DNA of 25,107 nt from a virus (taxonomy: Duplodnaviria > Caudoviricetes): IMG/VR virus record IMGVR_UViG_3300004369_000682, positions 1-25,107 of that record. One strand, given 5' to 3'. Positions 9,261-16,088 of this stretch are shown here, one piece after another (the stretch's first letter is position 1; every line of letters starts with the position of its first letter). The position numbers and the translations under genes were made by a program. The notes beneath the pieces are model-generated. The model was not told the DNA's origin. It made no database searches and saw only the letters and a program-made list of their open reading frames with translations.

Positions 9261-10082
9261 ATGAAACTGATCACTGGATATAATGGCTTTATTGGATCAT
9301 ACTTCATCAAGAAGTATACAAATTTTCTTGGACTTGAGCAGCACAACGCATCTCACATTATCGAAAGATTTACGAAGTGGGATGAAATTGATGAGATCAT
9401 TCATATGGGAGCAATTTCAGCAACCACTGAAACCGACCTAAACAAGTTGCATCATTATAATGTAAATCTTACATTAAATCTTTTTGAAAAAGCAATTGAA
9501 TATCAAATACCAGTGAAGTATGCATCATCAGCATCTGTATATGGTAACTACACAGATGGAACTATCAATCCACTGAACTATTACGCTATCACTAAAGTTC
9601 AGATAGATTACTGGGTTCTTGATAATATTAAAAAGTTTTCTAAAATCCAAGGATTTAGATTCTTTAATGTATATGGAGATGGTGAAGAACACAAGGGAGA
9701 CCAGCGCAGTCCTATCAGCAAGTTCACTGAACAAGCAAAGATGACTGGTCAAATTAAAATCTTTGAAGGATCTGAAAATATTTTTAGAGATTTTATTTGT
9801 GTAGATGATGTAGTGGATATTGTTTGTGACAACGGATCTGAATCTGGAATCTACGATTTGGGATCAAATTATTCATATTCTTTCCGTGACATTGCAGAAA
9901 TCATTGCAGAAAAATACGGGGCGGAGATCATTGAGATCCCCTTCCCCGCACATCTAAAAAATAAGTATCAATACGATACTCGTACAAATTTTGGTTGGCT
10001 TGATAAAAAATTCACCACAGTTGAAGAGTATGTCAATCGCCCTTCACCACCCGATATGAGTCAGACTCAAAGTGAGTCGTAG
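9261..10082 (+). CDS. hldD: ADP-L-glycero-D-manno-heptose 6-epimerase (extended SDR)
   Basis: TGYNGFIGS (GxxGxxG), HMGAISATTETD, YASSASVYG, PLNYYAITK (YxxxK), GFRFFNVYG..EEHKG, RDFICVDDV and YQYDT all match RfaD/HldD. Confidence 0.88.
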   Translation: MKLITGYNGFIGSYFIKKYTNFLGLEQHNASHIIERFTKWDEIDEIIHMGAISATTETDLNKLHHYNVNLTLNLFEKAIEYQIPVKYASSASVYGNYTDGTINPLNYYAITKVQIDYWVLDNIKKFSKIQGFRFFNVYGDGEEHKGDQRSPISKFTEQAKMTGQIKIFEGSENIFRDFICVDDVVDIVCDNGSESGIYDLGSNYSYSFRDIAEIIAEKYGAEIIEIPFPAHLKNKYQYDTRTNFGWLDKKFTTVEEYVNRPSPPDMSQTQSES

Positions 10083-10392
10083 AGAACTCATATAATTCCG
10101 AATCTTCTATAGCAATCATCTGATGTCTCATGCCCCTGGGAATCTCGAAAGGGATCCCAGGGGTTAATATTGTGCGATCAGCTGTATCCAGATCGTCATC
10201 AAAACCATAGTACAGATAGATTTTACCTGAATGTAAGTAGAAAGTTTCGTGCTTTAGTTTGTGATAATGCCAAGAGCACTTTTTACCCGCCTCAAAGAAG
10301 AGGAGTTTTCCGCAATACTTTTCGTTATTAACAATCCATTTCTCATACCCCCAACCTTTGGGTACATGCTTAACTAAAGAATCTGACATCAC
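10033..10392 (-). CDS. Cupin protein (mannose-6-phosphate isomerase / D-lyxose ketol-isomerase-like)
   Basis: KGWGYEKW, YCGKLL, CSWHYHKLKHETFY and IPRGMRHQM supply the cupin metal ligands H-x-H...E...H; C-terminal DSYRV. Confidence 0.8.
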   Translation of the reverse strand: MMSDSLVKHVPKGWGYEKWIVNNEKYCGKLLFFEAGKKCSWHYHKLKHETFYLHSGKIYLYYGFDDDLDTADRTILTPGIPFEIPRGMRHQMIAIEDSELYEFSTTHFESDSYRVVKGD

Positions 10393-10678
10393 TCACTCCT
10401 TTGTCGTCAATGTATATATCTCCAGATGGTTTACCCATGATCAACTCGTGATATTTACATCCCCAGTCTCGTAATTGTTTTTCTGTGAAAGAATAAAACT
10501 CATTATATGCTTTGTTAGCATTGTCTTTGTGGCGTCCCATGCCTCTTGCAGTGAAGTATTTAATGTAGTGTCCTTCATCATATAGAATATTGATGCGATT
10601 AATTCTATCCATTTTTGCTATGGCAAATTCATATTGCCCCTCACATATCGTACCATCAATGTCAATTACATAAATCAT
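10370..10678 (-). CDS. Minimal HAD-superfamily phosphatase (capsule-biosynthesis phosphatase-like)
   Basis: Motif I VIDIDGTIC, motif II FTARG and motifs III/IV GKP..DIYIDDK. Confidence 0.82.
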   Translation of the reverse strand: MIYVIDIDGTICEGQYEFAIAKMDRINRINILYDEGHYIKYFTARGMGRHKDNANKAYNEFYSFTEKQLRDWGCKYHELIMGKPSGDIYIDDKGVSDVRFFS

Positions 10679-11447
10679 TTACATCATCCTCTGTTAATAC
10701 ATAAGTTCCTGGGTTGGATACAGCAATAGCAGCTGCTCTGTTGGCGAAAGGAATAGCAGATTCCATAATACCACGGTTGAGGTAATGGAATACTAGAGCA
10801 GATAAGAACGTATCACCAGCACCTGCTACATCAAATACGGGGACTTTAGTTCCAGGATACAATCTACCTTTGAAGGTGGCACCTTCAGATCCTTTTGTAG
10901 TAATCAAGAAAGGATATTCTCCTTCTAACTTCTGTGCCTCACCATCATTTAGTTTGATGAAACACTGTTTCGGTAGTTTAGTCTTCTTACTATCAATAAA
11001 GACAGGTCTCTTGAACCACTCGCAGAGTTCAAAGATCTTTTCTTCAGTTAAAAATCCTTTATTGTAGTCAGAGATAACCATTGCATCAAAGTCTTCTTTT
11101 GGCATCTCCCATTCAAAAGGCTTTACTTTATCATGCTCATCTAATCTCATAATCTGTTGATTAGATCTTTCATCAACAAATCTAGTCTTGATTGGCATCT
11201 CTTCATTGGTCATAATATAAACCTCTATACCAAACGCCATGAGGTTCTCTCTGACGTTCCATGCCATACCTCTGGTCTCTTGTACCCTAGTTTTCTCAAG
11301 GACTGGTACAGGACCTTCTGGACTCAATCTGGAGCACTTACCATACACATATCTATCGATACAGGAATCACCGATAAGTAATACCTTTAACTGTTTGGGT
11401 TGTGGAGTAATCCCCGAGTCTATCGAAAAACCGAACTGATTTGGCAT
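10662..11447 (-). CDS. hldA: D-glycero-D-manno-heptose-7-phosphate kinase (HldE/RfaE domain I, PfkB family); start uncertain
   Basis: KVLLIGDSCIDRY, RLSPEGPVPV, KTRF...QQIMRLD, ISDYNKG and DVAGAGDTF (PfkB anion hole). Confidence 0.85.
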   Translation of the reverse strand: MPNQFGFSIDSGITPQPKQLKVLLIGDSCIDRYVYGKCSRLSPEGPVPVLEKTRVQETRGMAWNVRENLMAFGIEVYIMTNEEMPIKTRFVDERSNQQIMRLDEHDKVKPFEWEMPKEDFDAMVISDYNKGFLTEEKIFELCEWFKRPVFIDSKKTKLPKQCFIKLNDGEAQKLEGEYPFLITTKGSEGATFKGRLYPGTKVPVFDVAGAGDTFLSALVFHYLNRGIMESAIPFANRAAAIAVSNPGTYVLTEDDVNDLCN

Positions 11448-11766
11448 ACTGCGAACCTACTACTTCTTTTCCTTTCCAGTCAGAACCTACAACCATTATA
11501 TCAGGAGAAGTGGATTCAAGCAAATCCTCCAACTCTTCTTTGGTGTCAAATACATGAACTACATCCACATACCTTATCGAGGCTAGCATTGTAGATCTAT
11601 CATGCTGCGAAAAAATAGGTCTCTCGGGACCCTTCATCTCTGCCACCTTCCTGTCGGAATCGATAGCAACGATGAGGTAATCACCAAGAGACCTGGCATA
11701 CTTCAGGAGTTCGATGTGCCCTGGATGGAGCACATCAAAACATCCATTTACAAAAGAGATTTTCAT
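11368..11766 (-). CDS. hldC: Heptose-1-phosphate nucleotidyltransferase (HldE/RfaE domain II, cytidylyltransferase-like)
   Basis: NGCFDVLHPGH (HxGH), KGPERPI, GSDW and YSTT. The start is moved to the ATG at 11766 (MKISF), which overlaps the upstream stop as ATGA. Confidence 0.85.
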   Translation of the reverse strand: MKISFVNGCFDVLHPGHIELLKYARSLGDYLIVAIDSDRKVAEMKGPERPIFSQHDRSTMLASIRYVDVVHVFDTKEELEDLLESTSPDIMVVGSDWKGKEVVGSQYAKSVRFFDRLGDYSTTQTVKGITYR

Positions 11767-13448
11767 TCGTTGGGTACATGAACAAGTTTCTGAATCTCTG
11801 GAAGATACATCCATTCAATATCACTGTTCTTTAATGTCTTTACAGCATCTTCAATAGTTTCTACCAAAGGATCACCACCAAGATTGAAAGAAGTGTTGAA
11901 TAAGATAGGAACTTCACTCAACTTTTCAAAAGCATCAATGAGATTGTAGTAGTGTTCATTCTGCTCTGGGGTGACGGTCTGGATTCTGCAGGTGTTATCA
12001 ACGTGAATAACAGAAGGAATCTTTTCCTCTACCCCATCGTGGCATTTGACAGCATACATCATGTGAGGCGTCTCGTCACGACCAGCCAAATCAAACCAAT
12101 CATGTACTTTCTCTTTCTTGATAGAGCAGGCAAAAGGACGGAACCATTCGCGGTGCTTGACTGCATTGACATGATCTTTACCATCTTTGATGGTGGGATC
12201 AAACAGAATAGATCTGTTGCCTAGAGCGCGAGGACCACCTTCTGAACGACCTTGGTAAATGGTTACGATGTTGCCCTTACGAATTAGTGCAGCAACATCA
12301 TCGTAAGAAGTGTCGGTAACTTCTAGACCCTCTAGATCTGCTTCATAGGTAGAAGGATCATATTGAGGACCATAGTAAACAGACTCTTGCTTATTAGGCT
12401 TCTCTGTCTCTTTCAGTTTATTGTAGACATATTTGGCACCACCGATTGATGTTCCTCCGTCATGCGAAATGGGTTCGCAGTAAATATTCAGATCAGGGAA
12501 CTCCTTCCAATACTTGTAGTTTGCAACGCAGTTGAGACCATAACCACCACAAACGACAATGTTCTTTTCACCAGTTAATTCGTGTGCTTTACGAATCAAC
12601 TGAACCATACGATCGGAAGTTTGTTCCTGGATCTTGTAAGCGAGATCTTTTTGAATATCAGTATATTCACCTTTCTTATGATCTTTGGTATCTTCTTTCA
12701 AGATATCATAACGACCAACATTAAGTTGAGCGGCATTAGGATAGGTAGGAATAATCAGATCTCGATTACCCCACTCGCCATTGAAGAATGATGGTAAGTT
12801 TTCATTAGGTTTGCCGTATGGAGCAAGACCCATGAGCTTACCTGCCTCAATGGCGGGGAATCCACAGTATTGAGTTACTGCTTCATACATCTTGGTATGA
12901 CCAGGATATTCGGTGATGAAGATGTTTTCATCTGCTTCCTGCATACCAATTGCTTGTTTGGTGCCGACATGCTTAAACACGGTATCGAAATCACCAGGAT
13001 ATGATGCATTGAAAATAGTTTCAAATTCATAGCAAGTGTCTTGAATCTCACCAACTTGTAAGAAACTTCCAGCACCATCAGCAATTACGCACGCAGCAGA
13101 TTCAAAACCAGAGTTATAAAATCCACATGCGGCGTGCATCTCATGATGAATGGTATCAATAAAATGAGTTTGAAACTCAAATCTTTTTCTGGCTAACTTT
13201 CTAACCCACCCCTCATAAGCATCTTCACCAGACCAATCAAGAATTGGACCATGACGATGTGTGTGGCAAACAACCAAGTGATCGATATGGTCAACATAAT
13301 CAAACACTTTCTGAAGACCTAATAGAGGAGAACCATCATACTTAAAACGAGATAGTCTTTCTTCTTCTAGGTAAAATACTACTTCACCGTCCACAAGCAA
13401 AGTCGTACTCCCGTTATGACCACGGGCGATCGATACGATAACAGACAT
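11763..13448 (-). CDS. O-carbamoyltransferase (NodU/CmcH/TobZ family)
   Basis: EEERLSRFK, HHEMHAA, ADGAG, GKLMGLAPYG, GGYGLNCVAN, HDGGTSIG, SEGGPRALGNRS, KHREWFRPFA, HVDNTCRIQTV and NTSFN. Confidence 0.93.
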   Translation of the reverse strand: MSVIVSIARGHNGSTTLLVDGEVVFYLEEERLSRFKYDGSPLLGLQKVFDYVDHIDHLVVCHTHRHGPILDWSGEDAYEGWVRKLARKRFEFQTHFIDTIHHEMHAACGFYNSGFESAACVIADGAGSFLQVGEIQDTCYEFETIFNASYPGDFDTVFKHVGTKQAIGMQEADENIFITEYPGHTKMYEAVTQYCGFPAIEAGKLMGLAPYGKPNENLPSFFNGEWGNRDLIIPTYPNAAQLNVGRYDILKEDTKDHKKGEYTDIQKDLAYKIQEQTSDRMVQLIRKAHELTGEKNIVVCGGYGLNCVANYKYWKEFPDLNIYCEPISHDGGTSIGGAKYVYNKLKETEKPNKQESVYYGPQYDPSTYEADLEGLEVTDTSYDDVAALIRKGNIVTIYQGRSEGGPRALGNRSILFDPTIKDGKDHVNAVKHREWFRPFACSIKKEKVHDWFDLAGRDETPHMMYAVKCHDGVEEKIPSVIHVDNTCRIQTVTPEQNEHYYNLIDAFEKLSEVPILFNTSFNLGGDPLVETIEDAVKTLKNSDIEWMYLPEIQKLVHVPNE

Positions 13449-13457
13449 TAATATACC

Positions 13458-14594
13458 TCAACCAATTTTTACATTTGACGAGAACCCTTTCTTGCTTGGT
13501 TCTAAAGCAGGAATTTTTACGCCACTATTTGCAGCTTCCAATTCAATTGAATTTTTTTGTTTTTGTACTGGTGCCTCTGGAGGACAAGTTGGACATCCTT
13601 GTTGCTCTCCAGTCCACTCTTGTGGAAGAACAACATCTACTGATGGTTTGCGATAATACTTATTCATAAGTTTATCGACAGACTTCATGATAACTTCTTC
13701 AACTTTTTCATTCATTGCCATGATTCCATCATTAACTCTTGCGGATTCCTCGTCGGGAGCAATACGAATAGGATCATAAATTCTCAATCCTTCGCCCATA
13801 TCAAGAACTTCGAACATTTCGTTATCTGGATATGAAACATTAACTCCGAATGTAGATCCCATTACCGCGACGGTTGGTGTTCCAACAGAGTATGCAATAT
13901 GTTGTCCCAAAGAATCACATCCCAAGAAAAGATCTGCCTCTTTGATGATACCAGCCCACCCCCTCAAAGGAACATTGTTTCCTGCTGGGAATGAAATGGT
14001 GTCGCGAAGTCCTTCTTTCTCAAAATCAAACGCAAACTCCGACATTAGAATTACAGAATACTTCTTCTGCAAACGTTTGATGATAGAAACTACATTATTA
14101 AATTCGAAACTTCTACCAGAAGGATCGGTAATAATATTGCCTGCAGTTTGAACTCCTCTACCAAAAGGTTGGAACACAACCGTTTTTGGCTTCTTTGTTT
14201 TTTGTCTTACTTCAGCAACAATAAACTTTCCGTTTACTTGCTCTTCCTTGGAAAGTTTTAAAGTTGGTTTTGGTAATTCTCTAACACCTTTGCCGTTGAT
14301 TTCGATATCAAAGGCTTGGGATAAATTACACTTTTGATTGTAGTATTCCCAAACCCTATAAGGTTCTGGAGTACAAACATCGGTATTGATAATTTTATCT
14401 CGGAATAGATTCTTATGCCAGTTGTCATACACTTTGCTATAAAGTGTTGGGTGACCTTTAAAGAAATCTGTTCCACCTTCACAGACGATCACAAAATCTT
14501 CATCTGGATGTTCTTCTTGATATTTTTCAAAAGCGGGAATGGAGCAAAGCACACGTCCAGCACCACCATTGATAAAAAATGATTTAGGTCTCAT
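13458..14594 (-). CDS. GT-B glycosyltransferase, GT9 (ADP-heptose heptosyltransferase)-like
   Basis: IIKEADLFLGCDSLGQHIAYSVGTPTVAVMGST matches the GT9 signature ([27 protein letters not shown]-like). N-terminal GGAGRVLCSIPA resembles GIGDxlxxxP; VVFQPFG is also present. Confidence 0.75.
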   Translation of the reverse strand: MRPKSFFINGGAGRVLCSIPAFEKYQEEHPDEDFVIVCEGGTDFFKGHPTLYSKVYDNWHKNLFRDKIINTDVCTPEPYRVWEYYNQKCNLSQAFDIEINGKGVRELPKPTLKLSKEEQVNGKFIVAEVRQKTKKPKTVVFQPFGRGVQTAGNIITDPSGRSFEFNNVVSIIKRLQKKYSVILMSEFAFDFEKEGLRDTISFPAGNNVPLRGWAGIIKEADLFLGCDSLGQHIAYSVGTPTVAVMGSTFGVNVSYPDNEMFEVLDMGEGLRIYDPIRIAPDEESARVNDGIMAMNEKVEEVIMKSVDKLMNKYYRKPSVDVVLPQEWTGEQQGCPTCPPEAPVQKQKNSIELEAANSGVKIPALEPSKKGFSSNVKIG

Positions 14595-14609
14595 AACTCA
14601 ATCACTAAT

Positions 14610-14630
14610 GATTTATATGCAATTATTTAG
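14610..14630 (-). promoter_or_regulatory. Possible variant late promoter(s) upstream of the GT9 gene
   Basis: The minus strand has CTAAATA (14630-14624) and TATAAATC (14617-14610) in the intergenic gap. Both are imperfect matches to TATAAATA. Confidence 0.4.
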
Positions 14631-14648
14631 GTGGTCACAAAAGGGCGG

Positions 14649-15218
14649 TTAAACGCACCACGCAACCCAAGAATATCTTGTGCCTTTAGTTACTGTAGTA
14701 ACTTGGTGTGGGTACAAGAATACTGATGGAAATGCTGCTACCTCACCCTTTTTTAATTCTACCTTATGGTCATTCCAAAAGAGTAAATCTCCACCTTCAT
14801 AGTCGCCGTTCAAAACTCCAATGATACTAGTGACTGGAATGCCGCGTAGATTACCATCAAACATATCATGAATATGATCGTGGTGTGGCTTGATGCTGTC
14901 TCCTTCAGAATATTTGTTGAATTTGACATTCGATGCTACGGACCAGAATAAATCTGAATTTGTATTTTCTGGTTGATGGTATTTTTCGTGATACTTAAGG
15001 CAAAGATCTTTAATTAACGGGTATATTTTATTAGCAGAAGTATCGTCTTTTAACGTTTGAAAGTCCGACTCTTTGATATCTTGCTTGAGTCCAGCATCAT
15101 ACCACTTATGATCTTTCCATGGTCTTTTGTCTAATCTAGTGATCAATTTATCGCATAGGTCATCTGGAATAAGCTTGTATACGAATATATGATCTCGTAG
15201 ATCGGGATATTTAAGCAT
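14649..15218 (-). CDS. 2OG-Fe(II) oxygenase (prolyl-4-hydroxylase-like)
   Basis: NKY..GD.IKPHHD (HxD), LNGDYEGGDL, FPSVFLYPHQV (distal His) and GTRYS (2OG-binding Arg). Confidence 0.9.
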   Translation of the reverse strand: MLKYPDLRDHIFVYKLIPDDLCDKLITRLDKRPWKDHKWYDAGLKQDIKESDFQTLKDDTSANKIYPLIKDLCLKYHEKYHQPENTNSDLFWSVASNVKFNKYSEGDSIKPHHDHIHDMFDGNLRGIPVTSIIGVLNGDYEGGDLLFWNDHKVELKKGEVAAFPSVFLYPHQVTTVTKGTRYSWVAWCV

Positions 15219-15244
15219 AAAAAAAGAGGGTCTTACGACCCTCT
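15219..15244 (-). terminator. Rho-independent terminator
   Basis: The minus strand reads AGAGGGTC-GTAA-GACCCTCT-TTTTTT: an 8-bp perfect stem, a GNRA tetraloop and a U tract, about 20 nt after the stop at 15265. Confidence 0.85.
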
Positions 15245-15245
15245 C

Positions 15246-15254
15246 ATTATATCA
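15246..15254 (-). promoter_or_regulatory. Putative extended -10 sigma70-type promoter (TGATATAAT)
   Basis: A consensus TGn-TATAAT lies immediately upstream of the terminator stem. No clear -35 element. Confidence 0.55.
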
Positions 15255-15264
15255 TATCTTTAAA

Positions 15265-16020
15265 TCACTGCCCGTCTGTTGCTTCGTCGTTTAGAAGACC
15301 ATCGGGATCTACATTGTAGTCGTAATCTTCTACAAGTTCTGCAGTAGGATCATTAGGGAAAGGAATCATGTGAGCGTCGATTCCAGCAAACTTGGTATAT
15401 AGATCTCCCATTTCTTTAATAAATGCTTCTGCAGCCGCAATTTGATCTGCAGTTAGGTTTGCTCTAAACTCATTCAGTCTTTCTTGAGCACCAGCAACAA
15501 CATTGTCTCTTGCTTCTTGATGTGCTTCTAGATCGATCCATGGTTGGAACCATCTGAAAGGTGTCTTCCAAGTATTAGCTTCGAGATCATATCCAATTGA
15601 TTGAGTATCGTATGTATGATCTGGACCTTGTGGATCTGGTCTCTTGTAATAAACTTCTCCAGCATTAGGATGTCCTGCTGGGAAAGCATATTCTTTTTGA
15701 GGATAACCAGCTGCTTCGCCAGTATCTTTTCCGATGTAGATGGAAGCAATAAGTGCATCCACGTCATTTTCTGCAGGTGAGAGTAGAACTGCTGTTTGAT
15801 CTAGACCTGCTCTTACTCTAGCTTCTTCTGCTCTATCTTCTGCATTCCTTGCAGGAACAAAGGATTGAGCAACCTGAAGAATTCCAGATGCGTTATCTAC
15901 AAACACCCACAGATGAGAAGGACCTTCATAAGTCCATTGAGCAGTCAAACCAAGATCATTGGTTTGTGCTAGATATTCATCTGGTTGTGCAAATGAAAAT
16001 GTTTTGGTAATATTCGCCAT
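15265..16020 (-). CDS. Hypothetical protein with a tail-fibre assembly chaperone-like C-terminus
   Basis: ARDNVVAGAQ...AEAFIKEMGDLYTKF...MIPFPNDP resembles the Tfa-type R-D/N...Y-R-x-x-L-R-D-L-P...W/F-P-x-x-P pattern. It follows the fibre-like genes and has its own late promoter. Confidence 0.55.
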   Translation of the reverse strand: MANITKTFSFAQPDEYLAQTNDLGLTAQWTYEGPSHLWVFVDNASGILQVAQSFVPARNAEDRAEEARVRAGLDQTAVLLSPAENDVDALIASIYIGKDTGEAAGYPQKEYAFPAGHPNAGEVYYKRPDPQGPDHTYDTQSIGYDLEANTWKTPFRWFQPWIDLEAHQEARDNVVAGAQERLNEFRANLTADQIAAAEAFIKEMGDLYTKFAGIDAHMIPFPNDPTAELVEDYDYNVDPDGLLNDEATDGQ

Positions 16021-16049
16021 TGGAGTAACCTATATTCCTGTTTTAGTAA

Positions 16050-16057
16050 TATTTATA
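16050..16057 (-). promoter_or_regulatory. T4-type late promoter TATAAATA
   Basis: The plus strand reads tatttata. It is intergenic, about 30 nt upstream of the ATG at 16020. Confidence 0.8.
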
Positions 16058-16088
16058 AAGAGAGAAATTAATGAGAGATGTTCGGTTA

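Noticed and set aside
11767-11814. N-terminal extension of the 148-aa ORF (MDVSSRDSETCSCTQR)
   Set aside because: It lies inside the carbamoyltransferase gene. The ATGA-coupled start at 11766 gives the canonical family N-terminus.
14649-15218. TET/JBP-type DNA base oxidase forming a DNA hypermodification system with the glycosyltransferase
   Set aside because: The motifs are prolyl-4-hydroxylase-like, a type common in cyanophages. No methyltransferase, thymidylate-synthase homologue or nucleotide kinase is nearby. Not formally excluded.
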